A stretch of DNA of 32,000 nt from Pseudomonas sp. FeN3W (GCA_030263805.2 CP136011.1:349934-381933), one strand, 5' to 3'; positions 8,430 to 18,202 are shown, counted from the first letter of the stretch. Notes: a model not told the origin generated them from the sequence alone. Program-made: numbers and translations.

Positions 8430-9281
8430 TTGCAGAACTACATAAATGGCTTGCAATACATCCCAGCAAGTCTAACGAAGAAAGACATTCAAGAGATTGC
8501 GTGCCCTTCTTACGAACGATTGATCATTGATCCCGAACACCCCTCTTATCGTGATGCGTGTGAGCATTTTTCACAAACTAAGTATAAATATCCATATTTA
8601 CCACTTTATCTTGGGAATCATGACATACCAAATGTAGAGAAAATCGACTTGAACGTCTTGCGCCTTTTGATAAGAATGAATAATTCAGAGGCGTCTATTT
8701 ATTTACCAATGCAACTTCTTCCTTTGAAAGAACTCATTCTTTGCACAATTAATTACCATCGCCAAGCGTATTCAGCAAACAAGGATTGCTTTGTTTATTT
8801 AACTGTTAGGGCATGCACGTTTGAACAACTCTATTACAAGAACTCAATGGGTTGGCACATTGATGGTTTCCAGGGATCCAGAATTGAACGTCACATTATT
8901 GAGCAAGACGCTTTCTGGTGTAACTTATCAGCAACACAATTCCTATTGCAGCCAATGTTTTGTGAAGGCTTGAACCCAACAAAGCACGATATCAACATGT
9001 TCTTTGATAATCAGGCAGATAGTCGATTCATGGTTCAATCCCTCGAAAAATCGATATACCTTGCAACACCATACAATATCCATAGAGTGAATCCCAATCC
9101 GTTTGATGGCAAAAGAGTTTTTGTAAGAATTAACTTTTCCCCTGTATTGATAGAAGATCACACAAACACCTTCAATCCTGAATTTCCAGAGTACAAATTC
9201 AAACCCAGGGTTGATGTCAGGGATTTTTTATGGCAATACAATGCCTGCGAAGTTAGCGACTCCGGGTTTATCTTTGCCTGA
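8430..9281 (+). CDS. hypothetical protein; candidate double-stranded beta-helix 2OG-Fe(II) oxygenase
   Basis: 283-aa ORF in a markedly AT-rich block. It has an HxD in GWHIDGF, a distal His in PYNIHRV ~70 residues later, and RVFVRINFS ~14 residues after that, which is the AlkB-like HxD...H...R spacing. There is no in-frame ATG near the 5' end; TTG at 8430 or 8451 are the only early starts. Confidence 0.5.
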   Translation: MQNYINGLQYIPASLTKKDIQEIACPSYERLIIDPEHPSYRDACEHFSQTKYKYPYLPLYLGNHDIPNVEKIDLNVLRLLIRMNNSEASIYLPMQLLPLKELILCTINYHRQAYSANKDCFVYLTVRACTFEQLYYKNSMGWHIDGFQGSRIERHIIEQDAFWCNLSATQFLLQPMFCEGLNPTKHDINMFFDNQADSRFMVQSLEKSIYLATPYNIHRVNPNPFDGKRVFVRINFSPVLIEDHTNTFNPEFPEYKFKPRVDVRDFLWQYNACEVSDSGFIFA

Positions 9282-9363
9282 CCTACATGATGAAATGGAT
9301 TAACATGCAGTTTTTGAGTTAAACTGAAAAAATAAACGACCAAAACTGAGTTTTTCAATCGTC

Positions 9364-10251
9364 ATGACCAAGACAACAATCCTTTACCATGCCAACTGTT
9401 TTGATGGCACGTTCTCAGCAGCAGTAGCCAAAGAGCATTTTGGGGATTCGGCAACCTACGTGCCCGTAAGCTATGATAAGCCTCTTACTGACTTTTCTAA
9501 TCAGCGTCTGTTTTTCCTTGATGTCGTCTACAAGGAAAAAGATATGCAATTACTTTTGGGCAAGGGCAATGAGATTCATGTCATTGATCACCATCGAGAC
9601 AATGTAAAACCCATCGCCCATCTTCCTTTGGCCTCTTTGAGGTACGATGCAAATGAATCCGGCGCCTCCTTGACTTTCAAGCACCTGAATCCAGGAAAAG
9701 AGCTGCCGCTTGCCATTGCACATGCCAGAGATTATGACCTTTGGCGCTTTGAATTGACGGGAACCCGCCACTTTGTGGCGAATCAGGCGACTCCCCCCCT
9801 CGAAGTAGACAGCTACCGCGAACTGCTCAGGCTTGAGGGCCGAGATTATGAGCAATTCGTTGAAGCTGGCAAGGGAATACTGGCGTATAAGAACAAACTA
9901 GTCGAAGAAATTTCCGCAAGTGCAATAAATATCAAACTCAAAGGCATCGAGGGATGGATGGTCAATGGGCCAGCAGAACTCAGAAGCGAAATTGGCAATT
10001 ATCTATCAATAAAGCATAAAGCAGCTTTCGCCCTGATTTGGAGTGAGCGCTCTGACGGGAAGATCAAAGTATCATTGAGGTCAAGCGAAGGAGATGCGCC
10101 TCTCCAGATTGCGAAAGCGCTTGGAGGTGGCGGCCATGACCGGGCAGCCAGTGCCGTCATGGAAAAATCAAAGTTCAATAGACTGGCTAGTTCAGCAAAA
10201 AAATCTGTGCAAGCGCGATCCCTGTCAGACTCCTGCTGCGATCATCATTAA
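9364..10251 (+). CDS. DHH/DHHA1-family phosphoesterase (NrnA/RecJ-like fold)
   Basis: Motif I HANCFDG, motif II FFLDV, motif III VIDHHRDN, and the DHHA1 motif GGGGHDRAAS near the C-terminus. Confidence 0.8.
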   Translation: MTKTTILYHANCFDGTFSAAVAKEHFGDSATYVPVSYDKPLTDFSNQRLFFLDVVYKEKDMQLLLGKGNEIHVIDHHRDNVKPIAHLPLASLRYDANESGASLTFKHLNPGKELPLAIAHARDYDLWRFELTGTRHFVANQATPPLEVDSYRELLRLEGRDYEQFVEAGKGILAYKNKLVEEISASAINIKLKGIEGWMVNGPAELRSEIGNYLSIKHKAAFALIWSERSDGKIKVSLRSSEGDAPLQIAKALGGGGHDRAASAVMEKSKFNRLASSAKKSVQARSLSDSCCDHH

Positions 10252-10258
10252 AGCAAAA

Positions 10259-10276
10259 CCGCCAGCATGCTGGCGG
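10259..10276 (+). terminator. perfect 18-nt palindrome/hairpin downstream of the DHH gene
   Basis: CCGCCAGCA|TGCTGGCGG starts 8 nt after the stop codon. It is followed by TAATTCAT, so the U-tract is weak. Confidence 0.45.
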
Positions 10277-10316
10277 TAATTCATATCACACTTCGAAAAC
10301 AACCGCTTTAAACAAC

Positions 10317-10333
10317 CTATCCAAACCTACTCA
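10317..10333. repeat. inverted repeat, tnpB-side end of the IS (CTATCCAAACCTACTCA)
   Basis: 16/17 match to the reverse complement of 12736-12752, including a perfect 13-nt core CCAAACCTACTCA. Confidence 0.6.
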
Positions 10334-10370
10334 CGCAGTTTGAACAGTGTTTAAAACCTCAAAGTCGCCC

Positions 10371-12038
10371 TTAAAAGGGCACATCTTCGAGGCCGTCACT
10401 CCCGCAGTGAGGGTGACTCGCGTGACGGGGTCTCACCGTCAACGTCCGGGTAGGGCTCAGTGAATGGGCCAGGCCTTTGCGTGTTGCCACGCATTGCTTG
10501 GCCGAAATCACAGGCGCAGGGGATTGTTTATGATCCCCAGACCGCACGTGCGCTGCATGCGCCGCTGACAGGTTTTTCCTCACGCCCGCCCAGAATGACC
10601 ATACATGCTTCGCCCGATTCCTTGCAGGTAGGGCAAAGGTGACATGGCCACCCCCGCGTGTGGGTGCAACACCCGCTCGCGTGGACAGACGTTCGGAAAA
10701 ACCCAATCCACGTCGGGCGATGGCCGTGGCCGCGCCCTGGTGGACAGAAATGCCTCGGACACTGGCGTGATTCACCGCGCCAATCACCGAGGTGTAGGCC
10801 GGGTTGACGTCAATGACTTCTACTCCGGCCCTGAAACAGGCGCTGCGTAACGCAGCCCCCACCTGTGCGTAAAAGAACCCAGAGAGCAGGCGTGCTGCCT
10901 TCGGATTCATCATGGTTAAATCGGATTTCTTCTGACGAAAATCCAGCTTTTCCAACACCAGTGGCTTGCCAGCGGCGGCGCACTGCGCCGCCACAGCCTT
11001 GGCCAGATCACCTATTTTGGCCTTGGCCTGATCGGTGGATAGACCATAGGTGGCGCATTGCAGGCGTTGGGTATTGGTCAAATTACCAAAACGATCCAGC
11101 TCGGCCAACGCCAGGTGATCGGCATTCAGATCGAGGCCAAAGGCACCAAGCCCGCGTTTCGTGACTATCGGGACATCGTCGTGCTGGGTCGAGACAAAGA
11201 CGCGCCAGCCCTGATCGTCTCGGATAAAGCGATAGCTCAGCGCTCGCCCTGCTACCAGGGAATTCAAAATGGATGGGTGGCCATAGGCAAACTGGACATC
11301 GGTCAGTGTGATGTATTTGCCCAGCGCTTCTGGCAAGCGCACCCTGAGCCTCAGGCGCTGATCAGCCTGCACAGTCGCCACGCAGCTCTGGCAGCCTGCG
11401 GTTTCATCCTTGGAGCCGACCAGGAAGAACTGATCACTGCGGCTGGTTTGCCAATCCTTTTTCCAGTCAGCGTGCGTCAATTGTGCATCATTGAATTGGC
11501 TGCGAAAACGCTTGCGAGAGCCAAAGCATAAACGGACTTTGCCGCAGGCTTTCTCAGTAATCATGCGTTCCAGGCGCGCCTGCTGGCGCGCCAGGCTGCG
11601 TTTCTTTTGATGCAGTGAGAACGCTAACTTATCGATCTTGACTGGATCGACAGTTGTCATTTTCTTTTTGGGTTTGCGCAGCACCTTAAGTTCTTTGTCC
11701 AGGCGCACAAGGGTTGAGGTCAGTCGCTTAATCTTGCCCTGAGCCTCATGAATGAGGTCACCCTGACGGGACTTAATCGACTCAATCTTGCCTTCCAAGA
11801 GCATGCGGATGGCATTGAAATGCCGGGCGGTGATGCCGTAGTCAGCAATAAACCTGGATTTTAGTTGGGCAATAGAAACCACTTCATCCTTGCGGTGGCA
11901 AGCGGCAAGCGAAGTGTTCTTCACCATAGCGGCAAACAACTTGCGCTCCAGTTGCCCGTATTGCTTCGCATAGGCATTTAAGGCAGCGTCTTGCGCAGCC
12001 TCTAGTACTAAGCGAGTTTGATAGGTGAAGACGGGCAA
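10371..12038 (-). CDS. tnpB: TnpB-like (OrfB) protein, atypically long and lacking the zinc-ribbon
   Basis: RuvC-I-like FGLDLNADHLA, RuvC-II-like LVLEKLDF, and NPAYTSVIG in place of the usual ..YTSQxCxxCG. No CxxC pairs follow, and SVHQGAATAIARRG sits where DxNAAxNI is expected. A long charged, coiled-coil-like insertion lies near residues 80-170. Confidence 0.85.
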   Translation of the reverse strand: MPVFTYQTRLVLEAAQDAALNAYAKQYGQLERKLFAAMVKNTSLAACHRKDEVVSIAQLKSRFIADYGITARHFNAIRMLLEGKIESIKSRQGDLIHEAQGKIKRLTSTLVRLDKELKVLRKPKKKMTTVDPVKIDKLAFSLHQKKRSLARQQARLERMITEKACGKVRLCFGSRKRFRSQFNDAQLTHADWKKDWQTSRSDQFFLVGSKDETAGCQSCVATVQADQRLRLRVRLPEALGKYITLTDVQFAYGHPSILNSLVAGRALSYRFIRDDQGWRVFVSTQHDDVPIVTKRGLGAFGLDLNADHLALAELDRFGNLTNTQRLQCATYGLSTDQAKAKIGDLAKAVAAQCAAAGKPLVLEKLDFRQKKSDLTMMNPKAARLLSGFFYAQVGAALRSACFRAGVEVIDVNPAYTSVIGAVNHASVRGISVHQGAATAIARRGLGFSERLSTRAGVAPTRGGGHVTFALPARNRAKHVWSFWAGVRKNLSAAHAAHVRSGDHKQSPAPVISAKQCVATRKGLAHSLSPTRTLTVRPRHASHPHCGSDGLEDVPF

Positions 12039-12090
12039 GTGGGGTATTCCAAACTGAATGGCTTGATACTAATCAGATCTTCTATACGGG

Positions 12091-12699
12091 TCAAGCCGCT
12101 TGCTGCAAGTGTTTTAGGTTTTTCCGTGAACGCGAGCCATATAACCTGGCAGAAAACACCGTCATCAACTCGATAACGTCAGCAACAAGGCTGGTTTCCA
12201 GATTGGCCTCTACTGGTTGATCAACAATCACCACCTGTGTTTTATTCAACTTGCACAATTCAAAAATGATATCCGCACCAAACCTGAGCAAGCGGTCTTT
12301 GTGAAGTAGTACCAACGTTGATACCTGGCCTAGCGCAATCATCCGCAGTAGCTTGAGAAAGGCTTTCTTTTGATAGTTCAAGCCACTGCCCAAGTCGCTG
12401 AGTATTTCTACATCCCTGTGTCCAGCGCTGTGACAATACTGAATCAGCCTGTCTCGTTGTCGAACCAGGTCTTCCTTTTGATCATGGCTAGATACGCGAG
12501 CATAGCCCACCACCTTACGTTGTTCTGGACTGTGCCTGCCTATCAGCGCATGGAGATCATTCACAGCATAACGACGATGCTGACCACAGGTGCGAAAAGA
12601 GGGTCGCAAGCGGCCATCTTTTTCCCAACGGCGAAGTGTTGAAATGGATACGCCGAGTAATTCGCTGGCTTCGACTATTGATAAATGCTGCATGATCAT
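12091..12699 (-). CDS. tnpA: IS607-type serine recombinase transposase (MerR-like HTH + resolvase catalytic domain)
   Basis: LSIVEASELLGVSISTLRRWEKDGRL (HTH) followed by VGYARVSSHDQKEDLVRQ (catalytic Ser motif) and LVLLHKDRLLRFG. Confidence 0.9.
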   Translation of the reverse strand: MIMQHLSIVEASELLGVSISTLRRWEKDGRLRPSFRTCGQHRRYAVNDLHALIGRHSPEQRKVVGYARVSSHDQKEDLVRQRDRLIQYCHSAGHRDVEILSDLGSGLNYQKKAFLKLLRMIALGQVSTLVLLHKDRLLRFGADIIFELCKLNKTQVVIVDQPVEANLETSLVADVIELMTVFSARLYGSRSRKNLKHLQQAA

Positions 12700-12735
12700 G
12701 ACTCACTTGTTATTGTTTGGTCAGATTGTAACAAA

Positions 12736-12752
12736 TGAGTAGGTTTGGTTAG
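12736..12752. repeat. inverted repeat, tnpA-side end of the IS (TGAGTAGGTTTGGTTAG)
   Basis: Reverse complement matches 10317-10333 at 16/17 positions. Confidence 0.6.
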
Positions 12753-12771
12753 TTATTTATCTTGCAGTAGA

Positions 12772-12792
12772 AGCCCCGCCATTAGCGGGGCT
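12772..12792 (-). terminator. hairpin downstream of ligA (no U-tract)
   Basis: AGCCCCGC / GCGGGGCT 8-bp stem with a 5-nt loop, 5 nt after the ligA stop. No T-run follows on the minus strand, and the IS end lies 20 nt away. Confidence 0.4.
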
Positions 12793-12796
12793 GCCT

Positions 12797-14881
<2,085 letters not shown>

Positions 14882-14908
14882 TCACATGCTTTGCCCTGGT
14901 ATCGCTTC

Positions 14909-15499
14909 ATGACGTCGTCATGGATCCTTACGCCGACATCGAGTAAGCCTTCAGGCTTACCGATGATGATGGGTGGAAAGTCGCCATTGATTTACGCTCC
15001 CCTGCCCTGCGCCCATTGCGGCGATGAACTCGACTTCGTTGGCGTTTTTCCCGCCTGGTCTGGACGCCTATTTGGGCTCTGGCAGTGTTTCGGTTGCTTG
15101 CCTGCAATGCTAGGGAACCATGAAATCAAATGGTTAAAAGGCGAAGACCTATCCATATTGCGTGCCTGCTCAGGCATGAAATGGCTTGAGAGTACTCGCG
15201 CCCCCTCCCTGCCTGGCCCTCATCATTTTTCACAAAATCGCTCACTTGCCCTCACTGCCAGACACGATCAACTGCCAAGACAACGTCAATTAGCTTCGTT
15301 TGATATACAAACGCTTGGGTGGTCTCACTCTTTCACAAATGCCATGGATCCGCTTTGGCGCAAGCAACCAAGATCAACGCGCCTCCTAATACAGATAAAA
15401 TCTGATAACGCGATTGACTTTCATCATTCAGGATTGTTCAAATATCTATATTGCCCAATTAAAAAACAGACGGTTTTAGACTATGAGCCAATTCAGTAG
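14909..15499 (+). CDS. doubtful ORF; possible small CxxC...CxxC zinc-ribbon protein
   Basis: This is the only long ORF in the 650-bp gap. No SD was seen at ATG 14909 or 14963. The product is Trp/Ser/Pro-rich. It contains CAHCGDEL...(21 aa)...CFGC. Confidence 0.3.
   Translation: MTSSWILTPTSSKPSGLPMMMGGKSPLIYAPLPCAHCGDELDFVGVFPAWSGRLFGLWQCFGCLPAMLGNHEIKWLKGEDLSILRACSGMKWLESTRAPSLPGPHHFSQNRSLALTARHDQLPRQRQLASFDIQTLGWSHSFTNAMDPLWRKQPRSTRLLIQIKSDNAIDFHHSGLFKYLYCPIKKQTVLDYEPIQ
15441..15456 (+). promoter_or_regulatory. motif site AATATCTATATTGCCC upstream of the NIF phosphatase gene
   Basis: The 13-mer AATATCTATATTG is identical to 7847-7859. The site ends 26 nt before ATG 15483. Confidence 0.4.
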
Positions 15500-16067
15500 A
15501 CCTTTGGTGGTCTTCGATCTTGATGAAACTCTCATCTACTGCAATGAAAAGCCGTATCGTGATGCCCAAATCACAACACCGCATGGGCACCTATCAATTC
15601 GCGATGGGCTGGAAGATATGCTGGAAAAAATATCTGATGTGTATGACATCATGGTATGGAGCACTTCGGGAAAAGAATATATTGATGATATGCTTGCCAT
15701 TATTTGGCCAATGCATATCCCTCTGGTAGATGTTTTTACCTCGGCGGAATGTGGCATTAAGAGCTTTGAAAATGTTGGAATCCCGCATTACAAGGATATG
15801 AAAAAAATAATTAAAAAACACCCTTGCTATACCCTGGATCGGATCGCTGGGGTAGATGATACTCCAGACAAGTACAAAAGAAACTTTGGCAATTTGGTAT
15901 CAGTGAGTCGCTTCACTGGCGCGCAGGATAACGAGTTAATAAGGTTGGGTGACTATCTAATAACGCTAAGTTTAGCAAGCAGCATAAGAAAAGTTGAAAA
16001 GAGATACTGGAGGCGCGTGGATCAAGGATCGGCCTTAAGTGATCCGGAAATTAACAAGTGGCCCTGA
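15483..16067 (+). CDS. FCP1/NIF-type (CTD-small-phosphatase-like) HAD phosphatase
   Basis: DxDxT motif in VVFDLDETLIYC, WSTSGKEY (motif II region), YKDMKKI, and VDDTPDKY (motif IV-like Asp pair). Confidence 0.8.
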   Translation: MSQFSRPLVVFDLDETLIYCNEKPYRDAQITTPHGHLSIRDGLEDMLEKISDVYDIMVWSTSGKEYIDDMLAIIWPMHIPLVDVFTSAECGIKSFENVGIPHYKDMKKIIKKHPCYTLDRIAGVDDTPDKYKRNFGNLVSVSRFTGAQDNELIRLGDYLITLSLASSIRKVEKRYWRRVDQGSALSDPEINKWP

Positions 16068-16081
16068 GAAACCAGGGCCAC
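16058..16081. terminator. hairpin between convergent genes (bidirectional terminator candidate)
   Basis: GTGGCCCTG (16058-16066), AGAAAC loop, CAGGGCCAC (16073-16081). It overlaps the TGA of the + gene and lies 8 nt beyond the stop of the - gene. Confidence 0.5.
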
Positions 16082-16088
16082 TTAGTCA

Positions 16089-16709
16089 TCACGATGGTCT
16101 GAATCCTTCGAGTATCTCTTCAAAATCGATTTGTTTTGGCTCATCATTCAGAAGTGCGTCAAGGACGTCTTGCGCGGCAAGCCAATTGTACTGAGGCCAC
16201 ATTTGCAGCCCTTTCTTTATGTATGCGGAGAAAGAGTTTGTGCGTTCTCGATAAATCCTTCTCGCCGCTTTGCCAACCCCTTCATTGTTAATGTGATGAA
16301 TGGCTTCCATGATGTCAGCAAGTTTGGTAATGATGCCTAGGTGCGTATCAGCCGTCTGATCCGCAAGATCTGCATACGGCTTACAGATTTTTCGCTCAAG
16401 CATTTCAATGGGAGACATTTGATCAGGAAATAGTGACTCAAGATATCGCTTGAGAGGTGTGCTCATGTCACCTGTTGAAACCTCGGCCATATCATGCCAG
16501 AGACACTTTCGTACCAGAAGCAACTGATCTTTCTCACTCATGTCTGGGTCGATCACTTTGGCCAAGTACTCTGCGTACATGGTTACTAGAAAGGAGTGTT
16601 CAGCAACGCTCGGATGACGCAAGCAGCGAACCGAATGCCAGCGTGTCACATTTGCTGCATGTGCAACGTTGGCTATGGAATAGTTTTCATTTTCAAGCTT
16701 CGAACTCAT
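16089..16709 (-). CDS. HD-domain phosphohydrolase, YfbR-like 5'-(deoxy)nucleotidase type
   Basis: RWHSVRCLRHPSVAEHSFLV and LWHDMAEVSTGDMSTPLK match the YfbR-type H...HD...D pattern. AAGGAG RBS 7 nt upstream of ATG 16709. Confidence 0.8.
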   Translation of the reverse strand: MSSKLENENYSIANVAHAANVTRWHSVRCLRHPSVAEHSFLVTMYAEYLAKVIDPDMSEKDQLLLVRKCLWHDMAEVSTGDMSTPLKRYLESLFPDQMSPIEMLERKICKPYADLADQTADTHLGIITKLADIMEAIHHINNEGVGKAARRIYRERTNSFSAYIKKGLQMWPQYNWLAAQDVLDALLNDEPKQIDFEEILEGFRPS

Positions 16710-16775
16710 GGCATCACTCCTTGGTGTCTATTCAGTTTAACGCACTTAACATGAAACATCCCGGACGGACTCAAA

Positions 16776-17504
16776 TCAAGCCTTTGAGCAAGCAAAAATG
16801 GCCAAATAAGGCTCTCTCGTGTTTGAGGTAGACAATATTTTAAGATAGGCAATTATAAGGAAAGGCCACATCAACAGAACCCCAGAGTCGAAATTCAGGC
16901 TAGTTACGACACAAAATAAACCGATACCCGAAACACCGATTAGCTTGAATGGCTCTTCAAAACCCTGAAGTTTGTGCAGATAGCTTCTTTGTTTCCAAAT
17001 TACTAGTGGAAATATTATCAAAGCTATCGAGACAATCAATGAATATTCTTCCGGCTGCACCCCACCCAAGGAAACCAATGGCATTATTCTTGCCAAATAG
17101 CATGCGGTTACACATAGTGCAGTGGATAATCCATAACCACACTGTTTTTTTATAATGAGGTTGTAAAAAAAATTAACACCCCAATAAAGTAAGACCCACC
17201 TGAAGGAAAATTCATGTGGCCATACAATCCAGGAAGTTAAAAAAAGTACAGGTAATAACACAATTGCGCGCTGAACACTTAATGCGCCGCTTGCTATGGG
17301 TCGATCCTTTCGATCTGATCTTAGCGCATCGTCTTTTCTATCCATAATGTCATTGAAGACATAAACCGCACTTGAAGCAAAACAAAATCCTATCACAAGA
17401 AGCAGGCTTGAAAGCGTCGGCGTAACTGTTGCTACAAGGAGAGCACTCAGGCACAGAAGGTTTTTGTACCACTGATGTATTCTTAGAACATCCAAGATAG
17501 CCAT
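16776..17504 (-). CDS. UbiA-superfamily polyprenyl-phosphate transferase, decaprenyl-phosphate phosphoribosyltransferase-like
   Basis: N-terminal RIHQWYKNLL, Asp-rich NDIMDRKDDALRSDRKDRPIASG, multiple TM helices, and KQRSYLHKL resembling the KRxxE region. At 242 aa it is shorter than typical family members. Its start lies 4 nt after the lipoprotein stop. Confidence 0.7.
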   Translation of the reverse strand: MAILDVLRIHQWYKNLLCLSALLVATVTPTLSSLLLVIGFCFASSAVYVFNDIMDRKDDALRSDRKDRPIASGALSVQRAIVLLPVLFLTSWIVWPHEFSFRWVLLYWGVNFFYNLIIKKQCGYGLSTALCVTACYLARIMPLVSLGGVQPEEYSLIVSIALIIFPLVIWKQRSYLHKLQGFEEPFKLIGVSGIGLFCVVTSLNFDSGVLLMWPFLIIAYLKILSTSNTREPYLAIFACSKA

Positions 17505-17508
17505 GCCC

Positions 17509-18030
17509 CTACTCCCTGGTAAGCAAAATCTCGCTGTCGCGCCCCTTGATCACCAAACTATTATTCGAAATGGAAAGTGTGAGCACGTCTCCCTGCCGTA
17601 TCAAAGGGCAATCACTATAAGAGATTGACTGGACGCGGTGCGTGAGGCTTCTGACGCATGCAACCTGACCAACTGTAACAACGCGCCCTTTCCTAGAGAA
17701 CTCAGCTGATACACTGACAATAGGAATGCTGCCATCACTATTGAAATCGATGGTTGGGATCTTGGCGTCAAGGTCAATTGATACACTAATGCCTTGGTGA
17801 CTCCCGCGCCAAATCCCTGCTAGAGAGCCGATGGGACGCGAAAGTGCCTGTAATTGCCGCTCTTCAAGCACAGCCGGGCGAAGATCAGTGATGAGATCGA
17901 CATTTTCGCGGAGCGGCTGATTTTCAGCTCCCGCACCCCCAAGGAGTATGCCAGCACAGGCTAGCAATGAGATGCTCATGATTGCGAGAAGCGTTGATTG
18001 GAGGGGTTTGTTCAGGGCAAGGCCTTTCAT
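17509..18030 (-). CDS. putative lipoprotein
   Basis: MKGLALNKPLQSTLLAIMSISLLAC has a signal peptide with a lipobox-like LLAC. AAGGA RBS upstream. The ORF-track start at 18060 overlaps the -10 element, so ATG 18030 is preferred. Confidence 0.6.
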   Translation of the reverse strand: MKGLALNKPLQSTLLAIMSISLLACAGILLGGAGAENQPLRENVDLITDLRPAVLEERQLQALSRPIGSLAGIWRGSHQGISVSIDLDAKIPTIDFNSDGSIPIVSVSAEFSRKGRVVTVGQVACVRSLTHRVQSISYSDCPLIRQGDVLTLSISNNSLVIKGRDSEILLTRE

Positions 18031-18055
18031 TGCAGCGTCCTTAAGATGTGCGCGA

Positions 18056-18085
18056 ATCATACGCTGAGGCCAAACGAACTGTCAA
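18056..18085 (-). promoter_or_regulatory. sigma70 promoter of the lipoprotein/UbiA/HD operon (TTGACA-18 nt-TATGAT)
   Basis: Minus strand: TTGACA (18085-18080), 18-nt spacer, TATGAT (18061-18056). Confidence 0.6.
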
Positions 18086-18163
18086 TTGTCGGCAATCACT
18101 TTTTAGACGACTACGAAGAAGCTATTGGCTTTTTGGTCACATGCCGATAGTATCCGTAACGCA

Positions 18164-18173
18164 TATATTGACA
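18164..18173 (+). promoter_or_regulatory. TATATTGACA motif site upstream of ATG 18203
   Basis: Exact 10-mer, 29 nt before ATG 18203, which has AGGGAAG upstream. No acceptable -10 lies 16-18 nt downstream of the TTGACA part. Confidence 0.4.
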
Positions 18174-18202
18174 GCCACGAACAGGGGTTTACCAGGGAAG
18201 AA

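Larger units (their letters stand above)
10317..12752 (-). mobile_element. IS607-family insertion sequence (tnpA serine recombinase + tnpB)
   Basis: Co-oriented tnpA and tnpB bracketed by a 17-nt imperfect inverted repeat. G+C is much higher than the flanks: 39/60 at 10381-10440 versus 17/60 at 9301-9360. The exact ends were not proven. Confidence 0.8.

Noticed and set aside
10460-11531. Several plus-strand ORFs (60-157 aa) inside the tnpB region.
   Set aside because: GC-rich DNA generates long spurious ORFs. The minus-strand TnpB-like reading frame explains the region.
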